Below are positions 1 through 12,469 of a stretch of 64,000 nt of DNA, one piece after another. The notes under the pieces were generated by a model. It ran no database searches. It worked only from the letters and a program-made list of their open reading frames with translations, and had not been told where the DNA came from. The stretch lies in contig CM026547.1 in assembly GCA_014905635.1 (NCBI GenBank), forward strand, positions 2,480,001-2,544,000, written 5' to 3'. How positions within the stretch are numbered: position 1 is the first letter of the stretch; every line of letters starts with the position of its first letter. The position numbers and the translations under genes are program-made. The DNA is from Scenedesmus sp. PABB004. Its lineage: Eukaryota.

Positions 1-341
1 GTCGCCAGCGCCAGCACCGATGGAGGCGGGCCGTCGGGCCCGCCCTGGGCGGCGGCCTGGGCGGCCATACGCTCGCGCGGCGCGGCGGGCGGCGGGCAGC
101 GCGCGGGTTGGCGGCGGTTGCGGCGGCGATCGCGCGCGGCAGCGGCCGTGTGCTGTCGCTCGTGCTGCCGGCACCGGGAGTGGGCGCGGCGGCGCGAGCG
201 GTTGGGGCGCCGAGAACCCGCCGGCCGGTGCCCCTGCTGCTCGGCGGCCCTCGCAAGTGGCCCACACTGCGCCCGCCCGTCCGCACCGTGAGGCTGCCCT
301 GTGACCGTCGCGCCGCGCGCCGCGTCCAGCGCCCGCGTGGA

Positions 342-2257
342 ATGAAAGCCCTACAGCAGCATGCGCCTTGCCGCGCCCGGCGCGCCGCGCCTGGCGCCGG
401 CCGGCGCGCGCTGAGCGTGCGGGCGGCCGCAGCGGTGCGTGGGCGCCGTCTGGGGCAGCGCCGTGCGCCGCGCCAGCCCACGCCGGCCCCGCACCGCAGG
501 CGCCTGCTGCCGCGCCCGCCAAGGCCGGCCCCGGCGCCGAGACGTGCCGCGTGGCGGTGCTGGGCGCGTCGGGCTACACGGGCGCCGAGGTGGTCCGCCT
601 CAGCGCGCTGCACCCGCACCTCACGATCACGGCGCTCACCGGCGACCGCCAGGCCGGCAAGGTGCGGCGCGCCGCGCCTGCCCGCGCCGCCGCTGCGCCG
701 ACCGCGCTGACCGCCCTCCCGCCGCCCTCCCGCCGCCGGCGCGGCGGGGCTCTCGGGCAGGCGTTCTCGGAGGTCTTCCCGCACCTCGTCGCCGCGGCGG
801 ACGTGCCGCGGCTGGCCAAGATCGACGACGTCGACTTCAGCGCCGTGGACGCGGTGTTCTGCTGCCTCCCGCACGCGACGACGCAGAAGATCATCAGCGC
901 CCTGCCGGAGCACCTCAAGATCGTCGACCTCTCCGCCGACTTCCGCCTCGCAAACGTCGACACCTACGCAGAGTGGTGCGGCGCGCCGGCACGCGGCAGG
1001 CGCCGCGGCGTGCCCCGCCATCCAAAGAACGACCCCGAAGGTCGGGCTCGTTCTGGTGCACCGCGGTGTGCCTCGTCATCCAAAAGAAGGACCCGGGCCG
1101 TCCTTTTGGATGACGGGGCGCGCCGCGGCGCACCAGAACGAGCCCGACGCCGGGGTCGTCCTTTTGGATGGCGGGGCGCGCCGCGGCGGGCGGCGGCGCA
1201 GCAGGCGGCAGAGCGGCGCGGCGGCGGCGACCGCGGCCCACAGCGCGGCGCCGCGCCGGCTCGCAGGTACGGCGGCGAGCACAGCGCGCCGGAGCTTCAG
1301 AAGACCGCAGTGTACGGCCTGACCGAGGTGTACCGCGACGCGATCGCGCCCGCGCGCCTCGTGGCCAACCCGGGGTGCTACCCCACGACGGTGCAGCTGC
1401 CGCTGCACCCGCTGCTGCGCGCGGGGCTCATCTCGCCCGACGACATCATCATCGACGCTAAGTCGGGTGCGGCGGCGGCGTGACGCACAGCCGAGCCGCG
1501 CGCGCGCACGCCCCCCGCGCGGCAGGGCCAGCGGCGGCACCGGCGGCGGCGGCAGCGGCCCGCGCGCGCGCCGACCCACGCCGCGCGCCGACCCTGCCGC
1601 CGCGTGTGGGTCAGGCGTGAGCGGCGCGGGGCGCAGCGCGAAGGAGTCCAACCTGTACGCCGAGATCGCGGAGGGCATCAACGCGTACGGCGTGACCAAG
1701 CACCGCCACATGCCCGAGATTGAGCAGGGCCTCAGCGACGCCGCGGGCAAGCCCGTGACCGTGAGCTTCACGCCCCACCTCATGCCCATGAGCAGGTGCG
1801 CCCCGCCGGCCGCGGGGGTGTGGGGGGTGTGGGGGCTGCGGGGGCGTGGCTGGGGACCGCGGCGCGGCGCGGCCGACCCCGCCCCGCTCCGCCCGCCGTG
1901 CCCCGCGCTCCGCCCGCACGCGCCGCGGCGGCCAGGGGCATGCAGTCGACCATGTACGTCAAGCTCGCGGGCGGCGCGAGCGTGGAGGACCTGCGCGCCA
2001 AGCTGGCCGAGACGTACGCGGGCGAGCCCTTTGTGCGCGTGCTCGAGCCGGGCGTCGTCCCGCACACGCGCCACGTGCGCGGGACCAACTTCTGCCTGGT
2101 CAACGTCTTCCCCGACCGCCTGCCGGGGCGGGCGATCGTGATCAGCGTGATCGACAACCTCGTCAAGGGCGCGAGCGGGCAGGCGATGCAGAACCTCAAC
2201 CTCATCTGCGGCTTCCCCGAGACCACCGCGCTCATGCAGCTCGCGCTCTTCCCCTGA
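342..2257 (+). CDS. argC: N-acetyl-gamma-glutamyl-phosphate reductase, chloroplast-targeted (about 6 exons)
   Basis: Spliced exons give [69 protein letters not shown] and [17 protein letters not shown]. The N-terminus [14 protein letters not shown]... is R/A-rich like a transit peptide. Confidence 0.96.
1001..1188. repeat. Long imperfect inverted repeat (fold-back hairpin) in argC intron 976-1266
   Basis: The arm at 1001-~1090 is the near reverse complement of the arm at ~1097-1188. Each arm contains two copies of a cgccgcggcgYgccYcgYcatccaaa unit. Confidence 0.9.
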
Positions 2258-2460
2258 GCGCGCGCGCGCGCGCGCGGGGCGTGGACGGCACGCGCGGTCC
2301 GCGGACGTGCACGGGCAGCGCGTGCACGCGCGCGAGCGGGGGCCGGGCGGCGTGCGCCGGGCGGGGCGTGCCTGCAGCAGCGGGCGGCGGCGGCGGCGGC
2401 GGGGAAGACACCCTGAACTGTCGGCTCGGCTGTCGCGAGTTGCCGCACCGCGCGGTCAGG

Positions 2461-3227
2461 TCAGATGCCCTCGCTGCCGCCGCCCGCCGCGTCGCCGCCC
2501 GCGTCGCCGCCCGCGTCGCCCCCCGCGTCGGCCACGGCCTCGGCGAGCTCGGACTGCAGCTCGCGCCGCGCGGCCATCATCTGCGTCATCTCAGCCTTGG
2601 CGCGCGCGAGCTGCGCGTCCAGGTCGGCGATCTCCGCGTCCAGCGCGCGCAGGTCCGCCTCGCCCGGCTCGAGCTCGGGCCCGGCGGTGGGCGCCGCGGC
2701 GGCCGCGTCAGCCGCGGCCTCGGCCGTCGGCGCGTCTGCCAGCGCCGGCGGCGCCTCGGGGCCGTCCGCCGCGAGCGGGCCGAGCTGCTCGAGCTGGCTG
2801 CGCATGCGCTCCAGCTCGCCAAACACCTGCAGCTTCCAGGCCTCGGTCTGCAGGTCGGCGAGCTGCGCGGCGGCGCAGGGGCGCGCGTCGGCGGCGGCGG
2901 GCACGCGCGCGGCGCGCGCCGCGCGCCAGCACCAGCGGCGCGCGGCGCCGCGCACCTCCTGCGTGCACCGGTCCTTCAGCTCCGCGAGCTCGCTGGTGGC
3001 GCTCGCCTGGCTGCCCAGCAGCGCGGCGACCTCGGTCTGCGTGCGCAGCACGTCGCCCTGCACGGCGAGCAGCGAGTGCGTCAGGCGCCGTGCGGCCGCC
3101 GTCGGCGCGCGAGCAGCGAGCGCGTGCGCACGGGCAGGCGCCCGCGCCCCCGCACCATCAGCTCAGCGGTTTCTGCGGCCCAACAGGCCTCCGCCGCGCT
3201 GTCGCAGGGCGGCGGGGAGCTCGCCAT
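2461..3227 (-). CDS. Hypothetical coiled-coil protein (about 3 exons)
   Basis: ATG at 3227 (MASSPPPCDS...), GT-AG introns, and heptad-like segments ADLRALDAEIADLDAQLARAKAEMTQMM with coding-like codon usage. Confidence 0.6.
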
Positions 3228-3667
3228 CGGTTGACCCGGGGCGCGCGCTCGCGTGGGGCAGCGGCGCGACCGGATGAGCTGCGCAGTGCAAGCAGTCGGC
3301 TGGGGCGCGCTCAACAGAGGGGAGCGGGAGGCAGGCTCGCGCGCGCTTCTGCGTGCGGCGGCGTGGCGCGCCGTCGCCCCGCCGGCAGCAGCGGCCCCCG
3401 ATCGCCGCCCTGACGCCCAGCCTCAGGTTTCCGCGCCCCACACACTCCCGCGCAGCAAGCCGCCTCAGGCCTGGCGGCGAACGCGGCAGCAGCGGCAGCA
3501 GCGCCGGCGGCCTCGCGGGCGCCGCCTGGGGCACGGCCAGCTCTCGATCGGGGCCCCCCGGAAGTAACGAGGGCCGTGCCACACTCTCTGAGGCCCGCCT
3601 GTCCGGCGCCCGTCCCTCCTGCGCCGCCGGCGGCGGCCGCGGCAGCAGCGGCGGCCCGCGGCCCACG

Positions 3668-6157
3668 ATGGCGCCTGTGCCGGTGCTGCCGCTGGCGTCC
3701 ACCACGCCGCAGGACTTCTGGGCCGCGCACATTGCCAAGCGCCGGCCGGTGGGTGGGTGGTGGGCGGGCGCCGCCGCCTGCGCGCTGCGGCTGCCGCGCC
3801 GACCGCGCCGCTGCCGCAGGCGGTGCTGGATGGCATCGACCCCGCCTGGGCCAGCTGGACCGACGACGCGCTCATCGCCGCCGCGGTGCGCGCCACAGCC
3901 CGCGGCCGCGGCGCGCGCGGGAGGCCCGCGCGGCTCGCCCACGCGCCCGCCGCGCGCGGCGGCGCCGCCGCAGGGCGACGCCCGCGTCATGGTCGAGCGG
4001 CGCGGCAGCGCGGCCGAGGCGTTTGGGCAGGGGGTCAAGGTGCCGATGCTGTTTGGCGACCTGGTGCGCGCGCTGCAGGCGGGCGACACGGGGCTGTACC
4101 TCTCAACCCAGGAGGTGCGGCGGCGGGCGCGGCAGCAGCGCGCGCAGCGGCGCTGCGCCCTGCTGCCCCCATCCCCCAACCCCAGCCCCCGCTCTCCGCG
4201 CCGCCCGCGCCCGCCAGGTCGGCGTGGGGAGCGACGGCCACCCGCTGCTGTACGGCGCGCCGCTCGCCGCGCTGGAGGGCCGCTTCCCCCTGCGCCAGCG
4301 CCTCATGGGCCAGCTCGTGCCGCAGAGCATCAACATGTGGATGGGCTGCGCGCCCGAGGGTGCGCGCCCGCGCGCCCCCGACTCGCCGCCGCGGCTCGCC
4401 GCCGCGCCCGCGCCTCGCCGCCGCGCCCACGCGCCGCGCCGGCGCGCGGCCCGCCCCCGGCGCCGCTGTCAGGTTCGTCGAGCGGGCTGCACCACGACTT
4501 CCACGACAACCTCTACGTCCTGCTGCGCGGCACCAAGCGCCTCCGCCTCTTCCCGCCCAGCATGGCGCACCGCATGTACCTCTCAGGCCGCCTGACCCGC
4601 ACCTTCCCCAACGGACGCATCGTCTACGAGGGACAGGGCGACGTGCAGGCCGACGGCGCGGGTGCGCCGCGCCGCGCCGCGCCGCGCCGCCGCGCCGCCG
4701 CGCGGCGAGGCGGGGCCGCCGCCGGCCGCGCCGCTGAGCGCGCCGCTGAGCGCGCCGCCCGCCCGCGCGCGCGCGCGCCAGACCTGCACGACGTGCGGCT
4801 GTGGCAGGCGCGGCACGGCGCCGACGCGGCCGCGGCGGCCGCCGGCGACTCGGACGCCGACTCGGGCGCGGAGGCGGCGCTGGAGGCGCAGCTGGAGGCC
4901 ATGCTGGACGAGGGCGCGGCGCTCGGCGGCCGCGGCGGCGACGACTACGTCGGCAGCGACGACCCTGCGCCTGACGATGACGACGACGACGACGGCAGCC
5001 AGGGCGACAGCGGCAGCGACAGCGACGACGACGGCGACGCCAGCGGCCGCCAGCGCGGCGGCGGCAAGCGCCACGCCAAGACGCTTGGGTCGGCACTGCT
5101 GCCGGCGGCCAAGCGGCGCGCGGGCGGCGCGCCGCCCGCGGCGCCGGCGGCGCCGCGGCGGGCCACCGAGCCGCCGCCGCCGAGCTTCAGCGGCGTCGAC
5201 CTCAGCCTGCCGCCGGCGGAGCTGCGGCGGCGCTTCCCGCGCTTCCCGGGGCTCGCCGCGGCGAGCGAGGTGGTGCTGCGCGCGGGGCAGATGCTCTACC
5301 TGCCCGCGGGCTGGTTCCACGAGGTCACCTCCTTCGGAGGCCCGGGTGCGCCGCAGCGCGGCGCTCCGCGGCGCGGCGGCCGCGTGCGCGCGCGCCGCCA
5401 CGCTCACGCCACGCTCACGCCGCGCTCACGCCGGCGCCGGCGCGCAGGCCGTGAGGGCGGCGGCGGGGGCCACCTCGCGGTCAACTACTGGTACCACCCT
5501 CCCGACGTGCTCGACCCCGGGGCGGCGGGCTTTGCGTCGCCCTACTCCTGCCCCTTCCTGCCGGCGCTCTGGGCCGCGCGCGCGCCGCGCCTGCAGGCCG
5601 AGACGCGCGCGTGGTGGGCGCGGCGGCGCGGCGCGGGCGGCGGCGCGCCGCGGGCGAGGCGCGTGGGCTGGCGGCCGGGCGTGCACAGCCCCACCAACCG
5701 GTACCACACGTCGATGACGCGCGAGGGCAGCGACACGGGCGACCCGGGCACGCCGCCGGGCGCCGGCGCCGGCGGGGGGCCGGAGCCCGACAGCAGCAGC
5801 GACCCGGACTCGCCCTCGGCCCGCCGCCGCGAGCGCGGCAGCCCGGCGGACGCGGTCGCGCTGCACCAGGCGGCCGCGGCGGCCGGCGTTGACGCCGCCG
5901 GCACCGAGGGCGCCGACGGCGGGCGCGCGCTGAGCGCGGAAGTGAGCGCGGGCATGCAGGCGCTGGCTGACTACTTTGAGGACGACACCGCCGCGCTGGA
6001 CGAGATGCTGGCCGAGTTCTTGGCGGCGCGGCGCGCGCGCCTCGCGGCGGGCGGCCGCGGCGGGCGGCGCTGCGTGCGGCTGCCGCGGCTGCTCGGGCGG
6101 CGGCACCATCACGTCGTCGTCGTGCGATTCGTACCGCGGCCGCGGGCGCCGCGCTGA
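3668..6157 (+). CDS. JmjC / cupin-like 2-oxoglutarate Fe(II) oxygenase (multi-exon)
   Basis: INMWMG, SSSGLHHDFHDNLYVLLRGTKRLRLFPP and LRAGQMLYLPAGWFHEVTS give the HxD...H triad, followed by HLAVNYWYHPP. The exact 3' exon structure is uncertain. Confidence 0.88.
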   Translation: MAPVPVLPLASTTPQDFWAAHIAKRRPVGGWWAGAAACALRLPRRPRRCRRRCWMASTPPGPAGPTTRSSPPRCAPQPAAAARAGGPRGSPTRPPRAAAPPQGDARVMVERRGSAAEAFGQGVKVPMLFGDLVRALQAGDTGLYLSTQEVRRRARQQRAQRRCALLPPSPNPSPRSPRRPRPPGRRGERRPPAAVRRAARRAGGPLPPAPAPHGPARAAEHQHVDGLRARGCAPARPRLAAAARRRARASPPRPRAAPARGPPPAPLSGSSSGLHHDFHDNLYVLLRGTKRLRLFPPSMAHRMYLSGRLTRTFPNGRIVYEGQGDVQADGAGAPRRAAPRRRAAARRGGAAAGRAAERAAERAARPRARAPDLHDVRLWQARHGADAAAAAAGDSDADSGAEAALEAQLEAMLDEGAALGGRGGDDYVGSDDPAPDDDDDDDGSQGDSGSDSDDDGDASGRQRGGGKRHAKTLGSALLPAAKRRAGGAPPAAPAAPRRATEPPPPSFSGVDLSLPPAELRRRFPRFPGLAAASEVVLRAGQMLYLPAGWFHEVTSFGGPGAPQRGAPRRGGRVRARRHAHATLTPRSRRRRRAGREGGGGGHLAVNYWYHPPDVLDPGAAGFASPYSCPFLPALWAARAPRLQAETRAWWARRRGAGGGAPRARRVGWRPGVHSPTNRYHTSMTREGSDTGDPGTPPGAGAGGGPEPDSSSDPDSPSARRRERGSPADAVALHQAAAAAGVDAAGTEGADGGRALSAEVSAGMQALADYFEDDTAALDEMLAEFLAARRARLAAGGRGGRRCVRLPRLLGRRHHHVVVVRFVPRPRAPR

Positions 6158-6942
6158 GCGCGCTGCGCGCCGGCGGCGGCGCGGCGCTTCGTCTCTAGCG
6201 GCGTCGCGGGCCGTGCGTGGGGCGGGGCGCGCGGAGCTGGGCGAGCCTGCGGTGCGCCGGGGGCGCCCTTGACCGCCCGCGACCGGGCCGCCTATCTAAT
6301 TTCTAATTTCTAATCGGCGCCCGCGCGCCCGGGCGGCAGCGACGGCGATCGCGCAGCGGTCCCAGCGGAAGTGTGGGCTGCGCGCCGCGACGCATCGAGC
6401 CGGTCCGTCGCTGAGTGTCGGGCCGCAGCGTCGTCGTGCCGCGTCGGACGGCGCAGGAGGTCCGGCCGGATCCCACGGCACGGTCGCCGGGCGGCGGGTG
6501 CGCCGCGGCGCGCGTTCGCGCGGGGCGGCCGGGGGTGCAGCGGGCCGAGGCGGTGACACCTCGCAGCCGCACCCGCACGCCGCCGCCAGCTGGCCACAGT
6601 CTCGAGCGCGCGCCGATAGGGGCGTCGAGCGCCAGCTCAGCCCGCGCAGCGGCCCCCACGCGGCGCCACCGGTGTGCAATCCCGGCCGGCCTGCGGCCGC
6701 TCCGCGCCGACGCCGCGAGCGCGCCGCCCGGCGGGCGGGGCCGCGGCAGCGTCAGGGAGAGGAGGCGGTGTGCAGACCAGTTTTCTGCATAGCGGGCGCG
6801 CCAGCAGGCACGCAGCCGGTGCCACACCCGCGCGCCCCGGCGCGCTGAGCGCGTTCTGGCGCCCGCCTGAGCGTGCTGGCGGCGCTACCGGGCATGGGCC
6901 GGCCAGGCGCGGCCTGAGGCGCCCGCGCGGCGAGTGGGGGCG

Positions 6943-7316
6943 ATGGTTCCCCAGGACTTTGGCGGCCCCGACGCCGACGGGGGCGCGCGTGGCGCCGCCT
7001 ACCCCGGCTCCTTCTACGCGCCGATGCCCCGGCCCGTTGGCCAGCTGGGCGGCGCCTACCTCGGCGCGCCGGGCGCGGGCCAGCAGCAGCAGCAGTTCCT
7101 GGTGCTCCCGGGCGGCGGCGTCGTCGGCCCCGGCGGCCAGGTGCTGCAGGGCGTTCAGCTCGTCCCCCAGGCGCAGCTGCAGCCGATGGGCGTGTCGCTC
7201 GTGTCGGCGCCGATGGTTGACGTCGGCCTGCCCGCAAGCGCGCCGCTCATGATGACCGGCGGCGGCCCGCCGGGCGGCATGCTCATGCCGGGCGCCCTCT
7301 ACCGCCCCCTCTACGC

Positions 7317-7348
<32 letters not shown>

Positions 7349-9751
7349 CGCCCGCGCCGCGCGGCCGCCACGCCTACGGCGGCACCGCCGGCGCGGGCGC
7401 GGGCGGCCTGTGGGCGCCGCTGCCGGGCGGCGGCGCCGGCGGCGGCGTGTCGCCGTACCACCTGGGCCAGCCCACCAACGTGGAGGACATCCTGCAGATG
7501 CTGCGCACGATGCCGCGCGGCAGCTCGGCCATCCCCGTCGTCGCCGACTCGCTGCGCTTCCTCGACAGCCGCGCGCTCGCGGCGCTGCTGAAGGAGCTCT
7601 CCAAGACGGGGCTGCGCGAGGTCGCGTTTGAGATCTTTGACTGGCTCCGCGCGCAGAGCGAGGCGGTGCACCCAGAGTACGCCGGCCTGCTCGACGTCTT
7701 CACATACACAACCATGATCGTGAGCCGCCGCCACGCGCGCGCGCGCGCGCGCGCCGCGCCACGCCGCGCCGCACAAGCAGGCACACGCGCGGCGCGCGCG
7801 GCGGCGAGCCCCGGCGCGCGCCCGCCGCCCACGCCCCGCCCGCGCGCGCCGTCGCCCGCCGTCGGCCGCGCCGCGCAGGCGCAGTGCACCAACCACATGC
7901 ACCTGCCGACCGCGCTGGAGCTGGTGAACGAGATGCGCGGCCGGCGCGTGCCGCTCAACACGCACACCTACAGCGCCATGCTCAACGTCTGCATCAAGGC
8001 GGGCGAGCTGGAGCTCGCGCTCGACGTCTTCAACGAGGCACGCAGCGTGCAGACGCGCAGACGCAGCCGCGCGCGCGCGGGCGGGCGGGGCAGGGAGGGC
8101 GCGGCGCGCGCGGCGCGGTCACGCGGCGCCGGCGTGGCGCGGCGCGCGCAGATGCTGGCAGAGGGCCTGCAGCCCAACCTGGTGACCTTCAACACGCTGC
8201 TCGAGGTCTACGCCAAGCGCGGCATGTGGCGCGAGGCCGTGGGCGTGCTGGACACGCTGGAGCAGCAGGTGCGCGCGCGACCGCGCGCCGCGCCGCGCCG
8301 GCGCGCCGGGCCCGGGCGCTCACGCGCCTCTGCGCCGCGCCGCCGCGCGGCGCAGCGCCTCGTCCCCGAGCCGCGCACGTTCAACATCGTAATGAACGCG
8401 TGCAACGCGGCGGGGCAGCACGCGAGCTGCATCGCGGTGCACGGCCGCATGGTCGGCGCTAAGGTGCCGCCCACGGTCGGGACCTACAACGCCGTCGTGC
8501 TGGCGCACTGCAAGTGAGCGGCGGCCGGGCGGCCGCGCCGCGCCGCGCGGCCGGGCGGCGGCCGGGGCCGGCCGCGCCCCTTGACCGCGCCCCCTGACCG
8601 CGCGGCCGCGCGGCCCCGCGCCCGCGCTTGCGCAGGCTGGAGCAGCCCTCGTCGGCGCAGGCGCTGTTCAGCGAGATGCCCCGCGCGGGCTGCATGCCCA
8701 CGCACACCACGTTCATCACGCTGCTCCAGAGTGCCGAGGCGCACGGCCAGGCGGCGGTCGCGGTGTCGCTGCTGGAGCAGATGTCGGCGCTGTCGCTGCG
8801 CCTCACGCCGCAGTGCTACGCCGCCGCGATCGGCGCGTGCGCGGCGGCGGGGCAGCTCGCGACCGCGCGGCGGCTGCTGGGCGACATGCTCGCGAGCAGC
8901 AAGGCGGGCATGGCCGCGCCGGCGCACATCATCATGCAGCTGCAGGACCGCTGCGCCGACTGGGTCGGCGCGCACCGCACGTACCAGAAGCTGCTCGCGT
9001 CGGGCGTGCGCCCCGACGCACAGACCACGGCGACGGCGATCGAGGCGCTCTGGGGCGCCGGCAGCGTCGCGAGCTGCCTGCTCGCGCTCGCCGCGTTTGA
9101 GGGCGCGTGCAAGGCGGGCGTGTTCCGGCTCGCCGTCGCGGTGCGCCCCGGCGACGCGACGGTGGAGTTCAGCCTGCCCGTGGCGGGGACGTGCATGGCG
9201 CTCATCGGCCTCTGGCGCCTGCTCGCCGAGCTGCGCGGCCGGCTGCTGCGCGACGGCCCCAAGATCCTGCGCGCCAGCGTCGTCGTGCTGCTCGGGGACG
9301 GCCAGGCGGCGGTGCCCAGCCTGCAGGCCGCCATGACGCAGGCGCGCGCGCGCGCGCGCCGCGCGGCGGCTCGGCGCGCGTGCTGCACACAAGCGCGCGC
9401 GCGCGGGCGCCTCGGCCCGCCCCCGCCCGACCCCGCACGCCCGCGCGCCCCGCAGTGGTGCGCCGTGCCAGGCGTGCCGTTTGAGCTTGAGGCGAGCGCC
9501 GCGGCCAACCAGGTCGCCCTCAGCGCGCCCGCGACGACCCTGGCGGCCTGGCTGCTGGGCGACGGCCTGCTGCTGATGTGCCCCGTCATGCCGCCGGCCG
9601 CTGAGCTGGAGGGCCTCGACGAGCTGCAGCTGCAGGACGCCGAGGCGGCCGCGCTCGCGGCCTGCAGGCAGCAGCTGGTGGAGGCCAAGGAGGCAGAGGC
9701 GGCGCTGCGCCGCGGCGCCAACGTGAGCGGCGGGCTGCCTGCGCGCTGGCA

Positions 9752-9802
<51 letters not shown>

Positions 9803-10728
9803 GACCCCCCCCCCCCCCTCCCCCACCGCCGCAGGCGCTGCCGCCCGCCTACCGCCAGGCGCGCGCCGCCCTGGCGCAGCAGCTGCAGGCGGCGTGCGCG
9901 GCCGCGCCGCAGGCTGCGCAGCTGCACGGCGCCGCCCTCACGCTGCTGGACGAGGCGGCGGCCGCGGGCCTGCTGGAGCCGCGGGACGGCGGCGCCGAGC
10001 AGCCCGTGCCGCAGGCCCAGCTGCTGGCTGCGTGCGTGGCCGTCTCCGCGCAGGCCACGGCCGGCGCGGCGGGCCCGGCGCTGCCCTCGGAGCAGGCGTT
10101 GGCGCAGCAGTTTGGCGTGGCGCCCGAGGAGCTGGCGAGCGCGGCGGGGCGCCTGCGCGAGGCGTGCGGCGCCGCTTGCGACGTGCCCGTGAGCGCCGCA
10201 GGCGTGCTCGAAACGTACGTGCAGGCCCTGCTGGCGGGGCAGCTCGACAGACAGGTGCGGCGCCGCGCGTGCACGCGTGCGCCCGGGCTGGCGGCGCTGC
10301 CGGCGTGCGCACGCCGCGGCCGCGGCCGCCGTTGCTGCGCCGGCGGGCGACGTGCCGCGCCGCCGCCGCCGCCGCCGCCGCAGGTGCCGGCGGCCAGCCT
10401 GGTTGGCGAGGCGCGCGCGCTCGCGGGTCACCTCCCCGACCACGCCGCCGCGCTGGAGCTGCCGCCCACCAGCCTGGCCGCGCTGCTGGTGGCGGCAGGG
10501 CGCAGCGCGCGGGGGCTGTACCCGGCGTGGCCCAAGGTGCTGGTCGTCCTCACCGGCATGGTCGCGCCCGCGGAGGGCGCGCAGCAGCTGCTGGACGCCT
10601 TGGTGCGCACGGCCGCGACGCTCGGCGACGCCACGGTCGCCTGCGGGGGCCCGGCCGGCGCCGCCTTCACCAGCTCGATCCTGGGCGGCGCCGGGCTGGG
10701 CGCCGTGGCGCTGGGCGGCAGCGTCTGA
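6943..10728 (+). CDS. Pentatricopeptide-repeat protein with C-terminal cyclin-like fold (PPR-cyclin type)
   Basis: Tandem PPR motifs (DVFTYTTMI, NTHTYSAMLNVC, PNLVTFNTLLEVYAKRG, PEPRTFNIVMNAC). The C-terminus has a cyclin-box-like pattern (ALTLLD, QLLAACVAVS, PPTSLAALLVAAGR, PAWPKVLVVLTG). Confidence 0.85.
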
Positions 10729-12469
10729 CTGCGGGAACCGCGCGTGGTTGGGCTGCGTGGGCTGTGTCAGGTGTCAGGGCAAAGGCCTGGGTGTTCTTCC
10801 GAGTGATGCGACGCGGGACGGTCTCGCTCGCTGTGTGGCAGTCAGCGGGGGAACGTGCGCGTGGGCCCAGGCTGAGGCGGTCGCGCTCCCATGTGCTGCT
10901 GGCATGCGGTGCTCGGCGCGCGCCTGCTGCCCGCTCAAGCCCCCGAGGCAAGTGCAGTCAGTCGCACACCTGGGGGCCCTGGCGAGGTCGAGGGCTTCCA
11001 ATGCCTATATGTTTGCTTTGTTTTGCTTTGTGCCGGGGAGTTGGGTCACGGAGCGCCCCGCGACCTCGCCACCGCGGTCGCGCGCGGCATGCAGGCGGGC
11101 TGCCGGCGGCGGTTGGCGGTGACGCCACCGCGCACGAATTGCCAGGGCTCTGCAGCTGCACGTTTGCTTTTGCAGCGCATTTGTGAACGCCGCAGTCCAC
11201 ACCTCCGCTGTCGGGCGGCGAGCAGCGATTCTTTCCTGTGCACTTGTGCTGCGCGCTGACGCGCGCGCGCCGCGCCCCGCGCGCGTTGGCTGTCCCTCGC
11301 AAATGCTGCCCATCCATGCTGGCGCGGGGCGCGAGCCTGCCCCCGATGGCGGCGCGGCGCCGCGCCCCCACCGCCGCGCGAACTGGCGGCCAGCACGGAA
11401 CCTCTGCTCGGGCGCCCGCTAGCCGCCGGCAGGCGGTTGCCGAACCGGGCGGCTTCACGGGCGCCTCTGCGCCACTGCGGCCACCTGTGCGGAGCGGCGG
11501 CGGGGCGGCTCAGGCATGGCGCCAATTCTAATGCACCTCTGCGGCGGCCCCGCCGCCATGACGGGCGGCAAGCGCCCACGATCTGTCGCCCGCACAATGC
11601 GGGCGCGCCCAGCGGCTGTTCATTCATTCGCTGGCTTTCTGTGCCCTTGCTCGAACGGGGCGGCCGGCGGTCGCATGGGCTCTCTGGCTTGGGGCGCCCG
11701 GCTGCGCGCAGCCGAGGCAAGCACTGTCGGCGCGCCTGGCACTCGCTGCTCTCTGAGCGCCGCTTGGCTCTGCATGCCTTGCTCGCCAGCCATCGGCGCG
11801 AGCGCCCCGGGGCTCCCGGCCGCGCGCGCGCGTGGTGGGCGGTTGGCGGTGGTTGGATGGATGGTCAAGAAGTTGGGCGGCCCGGTTGCGTGCTTGCTTG
11901 CGCTGCTCTGCTCTGCTCCTGCCTCGGGTTGGTTGCGGCCGAAGCCCTCGGGCAGTGCCCTCACTCTACCGCTCAAAAGGGCCCGCCGCCGCGCGGTGCG
12001 AATGCGCTCGGTTGTGAGTTGGTGTCGCCCATAGCGGTACGATCTGTCCGGGCCGGCGCTGCTGTTGGTGTGCCCATGGAAAGCCAAAAAGAGCAGGGCG
12101 CGCCCTTCACCGCACACGGCGTGCGCCGTGTGCCGGTTTGTGCGTGGTGATGATGATGACGATGAAAGTGGGACAGCGGGGCAGTGGGAGACGGCGGGGG
12201 CGTCGGGGCAGAGAACAGGCCGGCGTCTGGGCTGCGCGGCGTGCCGCTGCCCAGGCGTCGGCCAGCAAACTGGCGTCGCCTCCAGGGGTGACATTGTTTG
12301 CTTCACCCCTGGCCCTGGATACGTCTACCCAATAAGCTCAAGAGCGGGGGGGGGGGGGGGGGAATCCACCCGGTCCCGCCCGCGGGCGGCGCGCGCGCGA
12401 ATTGCGGCGCTGTCGCGGGCGGGCGCCGCGGCGCCCTCGCGGCGCGGCGGGCGGGTGGTGGTGCTGACG

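Noticed and set aside
1001..1188. CRISPR-like or REP-like repeat interpretation of the argC hairpin
   Set aside because: It is in a eukaryotic intron, has no unique spacers between direct repeats, and there are no cas genes.
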